Notes: generated by a model from the letters alone, not told the origin. A DNA stretch of 64,000 nucleotides from Eledone cirrhosa (GCA_964016885.1 OZ024743.1:69192001-69256000); one strand, 5' to 3'. Shown: positions 40,690-56,199, numbered from the stretch's first letter. Numbers and translations: made by a program.

Positions 40690-40860
40690 CTAGCAGTTTG
40701 AGTTGAGGGGAAAGTCGATTAAATTACTGCAGTGATTAACTGATACTTTATTTTACAAACCAGAAAAGGATGAAAGGCAAAGTTGAATTTGGCGGGATTT
40801 CAAATCGAAATATCAAGGGCTGTAACTAAATGCTTTAATGCATTTTGTTCGCAGCTCTTC
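40690..40860 (-). mobile_element. Old SINE copy
   Basis: GAGGGGAAAGTCGATTAAA...GGATGAAAGGCAAAGTT...GGCGGGATTT. Confidence 0.75.
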
Positions 40861-40926
40861 TAATAAATTAGATGATCTAAATGATTCGAGATGATAAAAA
40901 AGTACCAGTCCAGTATTGGAATACAT

Positions 40927-40964
<38 letters not shown>

Positions 40965-41636
40965 GTTGAAGAAGTCGGGTGTATTCAAACCAATAGTTGG
41001 TATAAAAACCACCTAGTTTTAAATGACCAACGCACAATTAATATAACCACGACTCCATTATAGTAATAGTATTCGGTATCGGATAGGATAATACAATATA
41101 TATATATATATATATATACACTTGTAATTCAAAGAAATAGTATAATTGAAGTAATATGGTAAGGGGTTAGAATGTTTGGTTGACAATCGTAAGATCATGA
41201 GTTCAATTACCGCTAAAGTGGTAATGTCCTTGGACAAGATACATTATTTCATACTGCATTAGTCCCGTCACAAGAACAAAATGTGTTGTCACACAACATT
41301 AAGCTGAAAATCTATCAGAACTAGGTTAAGTGTCCATGTATCAATCGAATGCTCAAACACTTGTAAATAAATGTCATTGAAGATTATTCCGTTTATCCAA
41401 AAATTGGAACACTCATCGTCGGACGCGAAGAAGATCCAACACCGAACTATTGAGATATGAGGATACTTTTAGAATGGTTAGAGCAGTTATAAATATATTC
41501 ATGATTCGAAGTAAATATTTATAGAGTATATATAAGGTAATATTAAATAGTATTAAAGTGGCTAACGTAATTTGAACTAATATTAAAATTTGAAATACAA
41601 TCATAGGAAAGTCTCTGAAAAGTGGTCAATAAAGAA

Positions 41637-42735
<1,099 letters not shown>

Positions 42736-42772
42736 TATTATAAGTTGAGCCAACATATGCAGCTTCATATAA

Positions 42773-42836
<64 letters not shown>

Positions 42837-42900
42837 TATTTCGTGGGCCGAGATTCTGATTCTCGATTATTTACTTATATATATATATATATAAGTAATT

Positions 42901-42985
<85 letters not shown>

Positions 42986-43322
42986 GAGAAAATTTCGTTT
43001 ATATGTATATGATATTTATTGAGTATCGAACTGTTACGCAAGATTAGCAGAGTATTGTCACCCATAGCACTAATTACAAAAAATATGCTTTTCTGTCACA
43101 TCGCCAATCTGAAGAGAAAATTGATAACGGAGTCTGTTCTGTAAATCCTATGAGTGAACTACTTTCAGCCAATCCTCTGCGAAACGCGCGTAACAGGTCG
43201 GTACACAATAAATATCTGATACATATAAACGAAACTTTCTCGTGTATTCTAATATATACACTCCGCCAGTGCGTAGAGTAGTTGTTTTGGTTCCACCCCA
43301 CCAACTCACTGAATCCCCTACA

Positions 43323-43381
<59 letters not shown>

Positions 43382-43384
<3 letters not shown>

Positions 43385-43558
43385 GCGGTGAAATGGCAGT
43401 ATCGGTTGTGGGTTGGACGCCATGCTTTGTAGCATAGTTACGTCCCTTTACAGTCTGAGTTCAAATGCCGCCGAGGTTAGCTTTGCCTTTCATCCGTACG
43501 GGGTCGATAAAATAAAGTACCAGTAATACACTGTGTAATTGCTGGCCTTGTGCCTATA
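43382..43558 (+). mobile_element. tRNA-derived SINE copy (full head)
   Basis: GGCGGTGAAATGGCAGTATCGG...CTGAGTTCAAATGCCGCCGAGG...GGGGTCGATAAAATAAAGTACCAG. Confidence 0.9.
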
Positions 43559-44201
43559 TATACATACATAACCACGTGTTATCTAGAATACGGCAGCGAA
43601 TATAAACTTTAGAAAATAGGATTAGAAGCTTTCACCATATTCTGACTACAGAAGATTGTCTAATAAGAGAGTATATGAACGCCCATAAATGAAGAAAAAT
43701 GTGTCAGTACGCGTGGGAAACGAACCTACATCTCTCATTGGCCGGATAAGTGTGCCCGAACGGCCTATACCAACATGCCCATATCCATACTCCTATTCAC
43801 ACACAGATATTCGCCACCTCCAGACAGGCCTTTGTACTCTCACTAAGACATTTATCAACCAAATATAATGTTTTCCATTGCCAACGTTCCAGGTATAACT
43901 TCACCATATCTGGGTTGTTGCATGACAGGAAGCGTTCTTTAGGCATATATCATTGAGGTAGCGAAAGTAAAGGTTGGTGTATTTATGCTTAAATACAATA
44001 TATACCTCTACCCGTCCCTCTCACGCATACACGCATTCACACACACACTATCATACACATACATACACTATCTATCTATCTATCTATCTATCTATCTCTC
44101 TCTTTCTCTCAACGGAGTACTCTATTTCTATGAACAATCAGAACTTACTTGAATCAGAATGAAATAGTTCACCGCAATATATAGTCCCAAAATATTACCA
44201 A

Positions 44202-44715
44202 CTAGCAGTGGTACCCAGCGTTGCACGGGATAAGGTATTGTGAAATATATAACCGCCTTAGTTAAGATTAGTATTGCCACAACCACCGTTGGCAAAGAAG
44301 TAATGGTCTGGTGGTACGTAAGTAAGCAACACTGTTGCTTAAAACGTGAGGAAGTAGTTGAGTGCACTTACCAACTGTTTGGCGACTGAGTGTGAGATTT
44401 GTCTTGAGCAAGGGTGGCTGAATAACTGGAGGTAGCAGACAGCCAGACATACAGATATTATAAGGGCGCGACGTTATAAGTATGTATCTATCTAAAAAGA
44501 GAAAGACTAAGAATTATAGAGAGAGATCGCTGAATCGCCTCATGCAGTCCCTAGGGCATTGAACATTTGAGATTCTATTATGCTCAGAACACTCACTGAA
44601 ACATAAGTATTACATGTGTAAAGTTTGAAAACGGTCGGTTGGGTGGTTCACTAGTTTTAGGGATTCAAACTCATACACACACACACACAGACATCCTCAG
44701 TTTTATATATATAGA
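44202..44715 (-). mobile_element. Complete non-autonomous Helitron
   Basis: Minus strand A|TCTATATATATAAAAC...CCCGTGCAACGCTGGG...CTAG|T. AT target, no TSD. Confidence 0.92.
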
Positions 44716-45429
44716 TAATGAAACACACAACAACGACAGTGTAGGTCATATGAATAGTTTACATGAAAGTGTCGAGAAATGTCGGCTTGAACGTAGCATT
44801 TTTGTCATTCTACCTCCTTCTTTCAGTAACCACAGTTCTATGAACATGCTTCAAACACCCCGTAACAAGGGGAGTAGTTTAGCTTTTCGAAAACAAAAAT
44901 CAAAACAAAACGACATAGGGCCTTGAATTTTATTATTATTTCCATGTTGAATCTTATTTTATAGCAGTTTATTCCTTGTCTCTCATTTCTAATGTGTTAG
45001 CCAAACGTGTGTTCTTGTAATTCAAAGGTCGAACCTGGCCACACGTACTGTCTCGCTGATTCTCCCTGGGAAACTTGAGAGTACACGTGTTTGTGGAATT
45101 CTCAGACACTTTAAGTTAATTTCTATAATAGGCTGTTCCGTTAGTCAAACAACTGGAACACATTCCGTAAAAATTGACGGAATTTCAACAATTCCTAGCA
45201 GTCTAAAGGTGCGAAAGACTTGATTGGCAATGTTTCAGGAATTGAACCGAATGATTGGTGTTTTGCTAATCAGTAAGCCTCGCAAACTTGATATATAAAC
45301 ACAAGAATTATGTCCTAACTTACACTCTACAATTTTTTATCTATTTGCACAATAGAATGTTTTGTGTATAATGGATTTATCTTCTTTCATAATATTTCTT
45401 AGAAAAACATAATCGTTCTTGCAGTCATT

Positions 45430-45610
45430 TTGGCAGTATCGGTAGAAGGTCGGACGCGATGCTTTGCAGCAAAGAGTTACGGCCCTTTATGGTCTGAGTT
45501 CAAATACTGCCGAGGCTAACTTTGCCTTTCATCCTTACGAGGTCGATAAAATAAAGTACCAGTAATGCACTGGCATAAGTGCCGGCCTTGTGCCAAAAGT
45601 AGAAATAATG
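45430..45610 (+). mobile_element. tRNA-derived SINE copy
   Basis: Same diagnostic segments. Confidence 0.9.
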
Positions 45611-45626
45611 ATAGCTTCCTTTATAA

Positions 45627-45760
45627 GGGTGTGGCTGAATGGTTAGAGAATTGGATTCACAATCTTGAGGTTGTGAGTTCGATTCATGGACCAGGCGATG
45701 CGTTATGTCCTTGAGCAAGACACTTTATTTCACGTTGCTCCTTCTACCTGGAGTTGCGAC
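45627..45760 (+). mobile_element. Second tRNA-derived SINE family (related decayed copy ~41150-41260)
   Basis: A box TGGCTGAATGG, B box GAGTTCGATTC, then TGTCCTTGAGCAAGACACTT. Confidence 0.75.
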
Positions 45761-45864
45761 CGGCAGATAGTATTAGCAGTTGGAAAGACCAACGGAAACA
45801 TTGTTTCCTCGGTCCGATTTGACGAAAGTCGATCGATCATTATAAGGGTGGTGGATAGGAAGTG

Positions 45865-46047
45865 TCGCTAGAGGATCGGGCAAAGACCTTGCCATATTAC
45901 GACTTTCTTCAAATCCCGCCGAGGGTGTCCATGCTGTTTAGCCTTACGGTGGTCGATAAAATAAAATACCAGTAACGCTCTTGGGTCAATTTATTTGACT
46001 TTCATCTTCTCGTTAAATTGCTGAACTTATGCCAAAAGTAGAAATCA
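45865..46047 (+). mobile_element. Old SINE copy
   Basis: TTCAAATCCCGCCGAGG...GTCGATAAAATAAAATACCAG...GCCAAAAGTAGAAA. Confidence 0.7.
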
Positions 46048-46097
46048 TTATTATTACCATCATCATTCTACTCCTCAACATCATCATTTATACTGTT

Positions 46098-46098
<1 letters not shown>

Positions 46099-46128
<30 letters not shown>

Positions 46129-46283
46129 ATGATGATGATGATGTCGATGATGATGAGGACGACGATGATGATGATGATGATTATGATGATGATGATGATG
46201 ACGATGTCGATGATGATGAGGACGACGACGACGATGATGATGATGATGATGATGATGAAGATGATGATGATGCCGATGATGGC

Positions 46284-46343
<60 letters not shown>

Positions 46344-46365
46344 GATGATGATGATGATGGTGATA
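46099..46365. repeat. (GAT)n microsatellite
   Basis: Visible run. Confidence 0.95.
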
Positions 46366-47804
46366 ATTATAAAATCATTTTTGTTGTTGTTATTGTACTT
46401 GAGTTATTAGATTGAATTTTATTTATTCACATGTCAAGTTCTGATTTGTAATAACACTGTCTCAGCCTACACTCCCGTTCTATCTACTATCTCTCTGCCT
46501 CTCTAGCACACACACTATCTTTCTTTAGCCTTCTTAATCTATCTCTTTCTTATTCTCCGTCTATATATCCAACTATTTATCTATCGTTCTGTCTATTAAA
46601 GAAATTCATCTATAGTTCTGTCTATTTATATATATATACTCTTTCTTTTTCTCTCTCTCTTTTTCTCTCGCCCTTTCTCTATTTCTCTCTCACTCTCTCT
46701 CTCTCTGTCTCTCTTTCACTCTCCCCCTTTCTCTATTTCCATCTCTCTTTCTTCTCCGTCCCCCCTTCTCTCTCTCTCTCTCTCCCTCCCCCCCTCTCTC
46801 TCTCTCTCTCACGCACGCTCTCTTTGTCTCTCACTATCTGTATATATTGCATGGTATATTCTGACGGATATATTGTTCTGTGTGGTTCAATCTTTATCGT
46901 TTCCGTCCAATAGTTTGCAAAGGAAAACACGATACTCTGACACAACAGGTTCACATTAAAACGTTAACATTAAAATTTCAAATTAGATTTTAAGTAAAAA
47001 AAAACAAAAAAAAAAACGTAGCAAAACAACAACAGCAAAATCACAAAGTTTAATAGAAATACAAAAAAAAAAACAAAAAAAAAAACGAAAATACAAGCAT
47101 AACAAACATACAAACGAACGGACTAATATAAACAAGACAAGACTAACAAAAGCAAGAATTCAATAACAAACAGACAATGTTCAATTTTAGAGAGAAAATT
47201 AATTGAAAAGCCAAAAAATACACAAGAAGACAAAGCGAAGAGCGAAATGGAATAAATGGAAGCAATATCACATATCACATAACAAAATGGAGTATGTCAC
47301 GCGACTTCGACCACAACGGAGATTTGAATAGCAACCATTTTGAACTGTTTGTACAGGCTAAACGGCCGACTGGCTTATGTCAATAATTACGGCCGTACAC
47401 ATGGCTCTGTGGTTAACAAGTTCCGTTCATAACCACTGGTGTGCTGTGGTCGGTTAGATAGATTTCCTCATGTGGTAGTTTCGGCCAATTACATTCTATC
47501 ATAACCCCGAATGGCTCAATAATAGAATAATATATGATATATGTCTTAAATATGATCAGACATAAAAATACTCAAATCTTAACCGTGTAAACAAGAGATT
47601 GATAGAGACATACGTATCTATCTGTCTATCTGCACCCTCGTGGCAAATAATGAAATATATCTATCTACATATATATCTATCTATCTATATTTATTTCTCC
47701 GTTTCTCTGTCAGTATATATATATATATATATATATATATACTGAAGTAAAAGTTAAGTGGAAATATCCAAGTGTAAAAACACACAGTCCATAGGACATC
47801 TCTA

Positions 47805-48135
<331 letters not shown>

Positions 48136-48586
48136 TTATGTATAGAATTCACAAGAATCAAAGCTATGTTCAAAGCATTTATTCACTCAATTGTTTCATC
48201 CAAACCTATGTATACAAAAAATACCTTACCACTACAACCTCCAATATACTCTTACTTACCCACGTAAAGTGCTTGTATTACATGTAACACCCTGCCACAC
48301 AATAATCATATATAAATGAGACACACGTAACTAACGCATGCAATAATTACTACATCTGACTAACAAACTATCCTCTTGCATTATCTATGTTAACTGCCGA
48401 ATGTATTTTAATTTTATTTTAATTTTATTTTAATTTTAATATTGATTTTGACTTTGAATTTGAATTGCTATACGGAAATAATATAATATAATATATGTGA
48501 CTCCGCTGTACATCAATATATACATATGTATCTGTATGTCTCTTGCGTTGGAAAGGAGGTCAATCATGTGTGCAAACATTGAAATA

Positions 48587-48630
48587 TGCTCCGAAGATCC
48601 AAGCCTAGGTTTGGATGAAACAATTGAGTG
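48587..48630 (+). ncRNA. Decayed minimal hammerhead
   Basis: CCGAAGA-tccaagcc(ta)ggtttggat-GAAA-CAATTG. UH is missing. Inverted partial copy at 48141-48208. Confidence 0.55.
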
Positions 48631-48854
48631 AATAAATGCTTTGAACATAGCTTTGATTCTTGTGAATTCTATATTACTGCTCTGTAGAACAATTGATGTT
48701 ATTACATTGAGCTATTTATCTTACTGGTAATAAGGTAGTAATAAATTACTGACCTTCACTGTTTAGGGATTAACATATATATAACAATAAAAAGTTTTAG
48801 TATATACATAACCATAAATAGTATCCTTAATATTATATATATGTATGTATGTTT

Positions 48855-49074
48855 TTAAAAAAATAGAGGTGTGACACACGAGTTGTGATATATTAATAAA
48901 AAGGAAAAGAAAATGCTGACACATTTTTCCCAGTGAATAATAGTTTAATTAGGAATAAGTACAAATTAGTAATAAGTATTAGTTAGTATTCAGTTTTAGT
49001 CTTAAGTTTTTACCGGTTGCATATTTCTTATGCTTTTCAAAAATAATTTTGAGATAGAGTGCTCGTGTATTTTG

Positions 49075-49078
<4 letters not shown>
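48855..49078 (-). mobile_element. Solo 3'-terminal fragment of the Penelope family
   Basis: Similar to 4681-4912. Confidence 0.8.
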
Positions 49079-49105
<27 letters not shown>

Positions 49106-49263
49106 CAACTAGAAATTGATTGATATATATTTATATCTAAAATAAACATATGAAACAATCACAGGGAATAATTTGTAAATGTGTGTAAGCACACATAGCC
49201 AGGTAGGTAACTAATTAAATTTTAACTAGAACCTTAAAAATAGATACCTTATCAATTGATTAA

Positions 49264-49357
49264 TCTTCCTTGTATATATTTCATTAAAGAAATATATTTC
49301 ACCATTAATCGATCGGTAAACCACAGTAGCCAAATCCCGCATTTTCAACAAGGGAGA
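49264..49357 (-). ncRNA. U3-A8 type I hammerhead
   Basis: ccttg-TTGAAAA-...tggt-GAAA-tatatttc(tttaat)gaaatata-TA-caagg. Perfect 8-bp stem III and 5-bp stem I. Confidence 0.7.
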
Positions 49358-49690
49358 AGATCAAACTATCTGTGTTTATACAGCAAATTCAAATCTGCGA
49401 ATGACTTGCAGCACGTGTTGCATTTTTCAAAAATACACACATGGTACCAGTGGATATGGCGTATGTCTCTCTGACATGACACCCTTAATTTAATTTTGGA
49501 TATATCCACGGCCCTTTAATTGTAGAGCTAACTCAGTTGAAAGAATCGGCTGCTATTTCTAGTTGTCGATAACCGTATTCACGCCACTGGGATGAAGCTG
49601 GTACGATGTGTGTATGTTTGAAAATTGCAACACGTGCTGCTAGTCATTTGCAGATCTGAATTTGGTGTGTAAACATACATTGTTAGATCT

Positions 49691-49784
49691 TCTCCCTTGT
49701 TGAAAATCCGTAATTTGGCTACTGTGGTTTACTGATCGATTAATGATGAAAAGAATTTCTTGAATGAAATATATACAAGGAAGA
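49691..49784 (+). ncRNA. U3-A8 type I hammerhead (stem III partly decayed)
   Basis: ccttg-TTGAAAA-tccg...-GAAA-agaatttc(ttgaat)gaaatata-TA-caagg. Confidence 0.6.
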
Positions 49785-50038
49785 TTAATCGATTTATATG
49801 GTATCTATTTTTAAGGTTCTAGTTAAACTTTAATTAATTACCTACCTGGCTATGTGTGCTTACACACTTTTACGAAATATTCCCTGTGATTGTTTCATAT
49901 GTTTATTTTAGATACATATATATGTCAATGAATTTCTAGTTGATATAAAATGCTCGGATCTATTCATTGGAATTCTGGAGCATATTCTGCAGTGGATATG
50001 GCGCGTGTCTCTCTGACATGACACCCTTAATTTAATTT

Positions 50039-50080
<42 letters not shown>

Positions 50081-50134
50081 CATTCATATATATATACATA
50101 TATACTGTCGATCAATTGGTTATTGATTAGGCGA

Positions 50135-50340
50135 TAACCGCTGATGAGGCCACATACGCCAATTATGCATCGTTGCATAATATATGCAGACAGAGGGTGC
50201 ACCCTACTGCTGCACTAAGTGTGGCCGAAACTCCAGTGCAGGAACTATTATAGGCTCCCGTTCTACGTGTGTTGTATTGAAGCGAATAACTATGTGTATA
50301 CTCTGGGAATGTATCTTACATTGCCTATTGAGTACGCTGA
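50135..50340 (+). ncRNA. Hammerhead with large stem II/III insertions
   Basis: CTGATGA-ggccacat...gtgtggcc-GAAA-ctc...gag-TA-cg. Stem II is strong, stems I and III tentative. Confidence 0.6.
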
Positions 50341-50390
50341 GATACAACCGGTCCTGGCATTGATAAATATGCTGGGTCCGTTAACTCCTT

Positions 50391-50457
<67 letters not shown>

Positions 50458-50812
50458 CTAGGCGTCTGCATTTTGCATCTGCCGAATTTCCCTGATAAGT
50501 CATTAAGCAATTCGAGGGTATAATAAGGCAGGAAAAGTAAAATGCTTGCCGAGGATGCTAAGCCGGCAGTGCATGTGGTCCTGAAAACATAAGGTGGCGA
50601 ATCTAACATCTTCACCTCCTAGCCATGCTTCCGCCATATTACAATACAATAGATATTGAACAGAAACCAATAGAGCACTCATAAGTTCTATTGGCTGGCA
50701 TGTCTGCACTTCAGCTTCCTTTCAAGTTGGTTCATTTCATTTACTATAAATATTCAATATTACTTTATTTTTTTACTTAATATTAATAATCTTGTTTAAT
50801 ATAATGTTTATA

Positions 50813-51117
50813 GATCATCATCATCGACATCGTCATCATCATCATCATCATCGTCATCATCATCGTCATCGTCATCATCATCATCATCATTGTTATCATC
50901 ATCACCATCATCATCAACATCATTTTCATTATTATGATGATGATCATCATCATAAACATCATCATCATAAACAGCATCATCATTATCATGATCATCATCA
51001 TCATCATCATAAACATCATCATCATCAACAGCATCATCATCATTATCATGGTCATCATCATCATAATCATTATTATCATCATTATCATCACTATCATTAT
51101 TATCATATTACCATTAG

Positions 51118-51150
<33 letters not shown>

Positions 51151-51252
51151 TATCATTATCATCATCATGGCCATCATCATTATTATCATTATTCTCATAT
51201 TATCATTATCAACATCATCATTATGTTCATTATTATTATTATTATTATTATT
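50813..51252. repeat. (CAT)n/(TAT)n microsatellite
   Basis: Visible run. Confidence 0.95.
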
Positions 51253-51365
51253 ACATTTTTCCATGCGCAATTGTCTTTTTATTTATATAGTTATCTATTA
51301 TGTTATTTATATATATTTTTTGGTAATAGAATTGCGTTAGTTTCAATCATATTAATTTTATACAC

Positions 51366-51800
51366 ATTTATACTAAGCAAGACAATTTTACGTGTATATA
51401 GGTAGCTAGGTATGCATGTATGTGTGTATGTATGTATGTATGTATGTATATATGTATGTATGTATCTATGTATGTATGTATATATGTATTATGAATGTAT
51501 GTATGTACGTACGTATGTATGTATACAAATTTATACTAAACAAGACAATTTTACGTGTATATAGGTAGCTAGGTATGCATGCATGTATGTGTGTATGTAT
51601 GTATGTATATATGTATGTATGTATCTATGTATGTATGTATATATGTATATATGTATTATTAATGTATGTATGTACATATGTATGTATGTATATATGTATT
51701 ATGAATGTATGTATGTACGTACGTATGTATGTATACAAATTTATACTAAACAAGGCAATTTTACGTGTATATAGGTAGGTAGGTATGCCTGTATGTATGT
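51366..51800. repeat. Three tandem 160-210-bp units rich in (TATG)n
   Basis: ATTTATACTAA.CAAG.CAATTTTACGTGTATATAGGTAG at ~51366, ~51529 and ~51739. Confidence 0.9.
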
Positions 51801-52065
51801 ATGTATGTATGTATGTATGTATGTATGTATGTATGTATGTGTGTATGTATGAATGTACGTATGTATGTGTGTGTGTGTGTATGTATCTAAGTAAGTATGT
51901 ATATATGTAGGTACCTACGTATGTGTGAATGGATGTAAGAATGTTTGTATGTATGAAAATGTGTATGTTTGTATGTATATTTGTAGTTTTGTCTGAATGC
52001 AAGTTTCTATATGGCTACGTATATATGTATGTTTGCATGTAAGTATGTATGTATAAATGTATATT

Positions 52066-52196
<131 letters not shown>

Positions 52197-52252
52197 ACAT
52201 GAATATATATATATATATATATACATGTATACATAGATACTTACATGCAAAC

Positions 52253-52329
<77 letters not shown>

Positions 52330-52452
52330 TACATACATACTTACATGCAAACATACATACATATATATATATACATACATATATACGTAGCCATATACAG
52401 ACTTGCATTCAGACATGACTACAATTATACATACAAACATATATATATACAA

Positions 52453-52524
<72 letters not shown>

Positions 52525-53087
52525 ATGTTTGCATTTAAGTATGTATGTAAACATATATATATAAGTGTGAGTGTATATATGTAGCTATGTACGAATGTAT
52601 ACATGTATGTAAGTGTGTGTGTATATATATGTAGTTATGTAAGTGTAGTGTATATATGTAAGATTGATATAGTTAGTTATGTATATGCGTTTGTTACGTA
52701 AGTGTGTATGTATGGAAGTAAGTATGTGTGTATACATGTTTATATGTATGTGTGTATATAGGTACTTACGTATGTATGTATGTATGTATATACGTATGTA
52801 CGTAAGTGTGTGTGTATGCATGTATATTACTACATATCAATATAGATATGTATGTTATTGTATATGGCTTAATAGATATGTATCAATGTATGTATGAATG
52901 AATGTTTGTTGGTATGTATGTATTATTATAAATAGCTATCTTGTATGACTGGATGTATGTAATTATGTTCTTAGTTATGTATTTATGCATGCAAGTGTGC
53001 ATGTATGTGTATTTACATATAAGCTATATACGATTATATATGTGTAAGCATTATACATATATAAATATTACACACACACATACACAC

Positions 53088-53129
<42 letters not shown>

Positions 53130-53635
53130 GGGTGTGTAGCTGTCTATACCTATTCAGTATTTATCGATATTGATTTATACTGGACGCATTATATATATTT
53201 ATGAATACATATATAGATATATGCATATATATGTGCGGGGGTTGTATGCATGTGTGTTTTGTCTGTGTGTATATTTGTGTATATGTATGCATCTATATTC
53301 TCAACCTATTGCCAATATACAAAGCTTTGTCTAGAGCTAGAGAGTGTGTATGCACTATATTTACTGTTTTTTCCTTTCGTATGTATTTCTTTATGTATTA
53401 TTATGTAATAAATTTTATTATCTCCGAGATGTTCTTCTCGTAAACATCGACGCTTTGTAAGTTTAAACCGTTCTTCATAAATTCATAAATTTCTTCGATG
53501 GATAATGGTATTTTTATCTTTATAATAATATGATTTAAAATATGTACCAGGTAGGGCCTAACCGTTTACTTTTGTGTTGGTCGCCATCGAGTCGTCCGAT
53601 CTTCTCGTTTACTTTATGCCCTTTTCCAAGGCCAG

Positions 53636-53810
53636 CAGTATCGGCAGAGGGTCGGATGCCATGCTTTGCAGCAAAGAGTTACGGCCCATTATGGTCTGAG
53701 TTCAAATCCCGCCGAGGTTAACTTTGCCTTTCATCCTTACTGGGTCGATAAAATAAAGTACCAGTAATACACTGGAATAATTGCTGACCTTGTGTCAAAG
53801 TAAATACAAT
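53636..53810 (+). mobile_element. tRNA-derived SINE copy
   Basis: Same diagnostic segments. Confidence 0.9.
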
Positions 53811-54079
53811 TATTAGGAGAGCTTCTTGCCCGAAAAAGGATTCCTGTGATATAGAATGACTAATGTTATCGATATCGCTGGGTGTTGTCCACGGCAATAC
53901 TTTCGTCATCTTGTTCTTGGGGTGTCGCCGATATAGATCGGCTAGCAAACGGTTAGAATTTGCTCCCTTCTCATTCCTCTCCTCTAATTTCTTTCTTTGT
54001 TCTTTGTTCTTTCTTTCCCTCTTATTCTTCTCATCTACAATCAGTTGTCTTTTGTCTTGAAAGTAGTGATGTTACTAAC

Positions 54080-54129
<50 letters not shown>

Positions 54130-54169
54130 TAGTAGTAGTCGTAGTTCTTGTTGAAACATCGAGGTGTTG

Positions 54170-54420
54170 TAAATGCAACAGCGAGGAGATAGGTCCGTAA
54201 TCACCATTTCTTTAGCCAGCCTGATGAGCTTTTAAACAGTCTCTTAACTAACACATATGTTTCCCTCGATTTAAGGTGATCGCCTTCAGAGAGGAACCCA
54301 GCTTGACAATCAGCGCGACAATTTAAGGTGGCTGAACAAATCATGAACGCATACAGAGTCATTCTAATTGCTGCCAATGAACGCAACTGAAGTCCTTTTT
54401 GCGGCCGTTGGAGAATGCAG
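54170..54420 (-). pseudogene. Possible pogo/Tigger (CENP-B HTH) transposase remnant
   Basis: WQQLE and, in another frame, FKSSSGWLKKW*LR, resembling FKASxGWLxxFxxR. Confidence 0.45.
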
Positions 54421-54917
54421 TCAAATATCCTTTCAAAGGCTGCAATTGAACGATCAAACGGCCCTTTTTAGGGCCGAAATTGTTGACCCCTCATTTTTAT
54501 GGCTGTCAGTGAACGCACACACCACCCTATTTAAGCGGCCCTACTTGAATTTGTTTGACGGCTACCACAATGGTAAATTCAAATCGTCCAGCATCCACTA
54601 AAACAGTGTTATAAGCGCTACATTGGACAGACAGGTACTTTATCGCTCTTCTTAACAAGCCCGGTTTACCTTTACTTATTTTTCCTAACAACATTTCCTT
54701 CCTTTGGTTAAAGGTGAACACACACACGACTCTTTCTTAGCCAATCCCCTCCTCCATGAAATTGGAAATTTATTTTGCTCACAACAATTTTTTTTTTTAT
54801 GGACTCAGAATTGATTTCATCGAGGGTTCCAATTGAAGAATAAATTGAATTTAGAATAACACATTTCTATACAACATATTTTGCTCTTTTCTTCTAATAT
54901 GTAACGCACAATTTCAT

Positions 54918-54946
54918 TCCCGGTTAACGCCGGGTGCCTATGCTAG
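54918..54946 (+). mobile_element. Helitron 3' terminus
   Basis: CCCGG(TTAACG)CCGGG hairpin followed by CTAG|T. Confidence 0.7.
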
Positions 54947-55193
54947 TATTCTATAAAATCGACGACAGCAATGTCTGGTGTGATAGCGGTAAGACTCCAG
55001 CCGACATCTACTTGGATTATATCACTTGATATTTGTCCAAGGAAAAATGGAGAAGTTGTAAGATATATGTAATTATTACATTCGGAAAAACATCTCTGTT
55101 GTTGTGAGGAAATATTTCAGTGATTTCAACATTGATATTGGAGGAAAGAAATCGCAACTATGAAAACAGAACTACAATCGTAACCAGCATTAG

Positions 55194-55549
55194 CACCAGC
55201 ACCACTACTACCACCACCACCACCACCACCACCACCACCACCATCATCACCACCACCACTACCACCACCACGACCACCACCACCACGACGACCACCATCA
55301 CGACCACCACCACCACCACCACCACCACCACTACCACCACTACCACCATCACCACCACCACCATCACCACCACCACTACCACCACCACCACCACCACTAC
55401 CACCACCACCATCACCACCAGCACTACCACCACCACCACTACCACCACTACCACCACCACTACCACCACCGCCACCACCACTACCACCACCACTACCGCC
55501 ACCACCACCACCATCACCACCACCAATACCACCACCACCACCACCACCC
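55194..55549. repeat. (ACC)n microsatellite
   Basis: Visible run. Confidence 0.95.
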
Positions 55550-56199
55550 CCTGGCATGTCTACATATTTATATACTCAATTTGTGTGTGTGTGTGTGTGT
55601 GTGTTTATGCACTTTCGGTTTTTGCTGCAGATAAATTCACACAAACACACGTAGACACTCACACTCATATATAGTTATAGATAAATTGATATATGTTTCT
55701 GTGTACCTTTGTAAGTTGGTGGGTGGATGGTTGTATGTGAGTACACAATTTTAATCTTCAACATTTCACTTTTCCGATAAAACTAACTTATTTTAGGAAT
55801 TAAATTTCCTACAATTTTTAAAAACATGTTAATCTTATTTATTGGGACTCTAGTAAAACAAAAGACTATCACATCAACGAGATTAGTTACATTAGTAACA
55901 ATAATATCAAGGGCGCTGCAGTAAAAACAGCAACTACACCCTCTATATAAAAACCATACCAAATACTACAGAAAAAAATACAGCTGCGATAGCAACAAGA
56001 GCAACAAATATATCAAATCCTAGAGCACCAGCGGCAATCCGAACAGAACAAAACGTGGAAATACATGTTATAAACCTCAACCGAATCAGCAAAAATAACG
56101 GCAACAAGAATGACGAAGACATCAACAAAATATACAGCAATAATGGCTCCTTTATTGGCCATACAGAACTGACATTAACTATACAATAAAGGCAAACAA

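Larger units (their letters stand above)
49105..50040 (+). mobile_element. Family A HHR-bearing unit, second locus (inverted plus partial tandem)
   Basis: 49105-49432 is inverted relative to ~49617-49943. CAGTGGATATGGCG...CACCCTTAATTTAATTTTG at ~49448 and ~49990. Confidence 0.8.

Noticed and set aside
45627-45700. tRNA gene
   Set aside because: A and B boxes are present but there is no complete cloverleaf, and it continues into a SINE body
50455-50582. Possible host exon after TGTTTTCAG on the minus strand
   Set aside because: No recognisable protein similarity or partner exons
54221-54230. CTGATGAG as a hammerhead core
   Set aside because: No stem II, GAAA or stem III arrangement. It lies antisense to the SSGW codons of a transposase-like remnant
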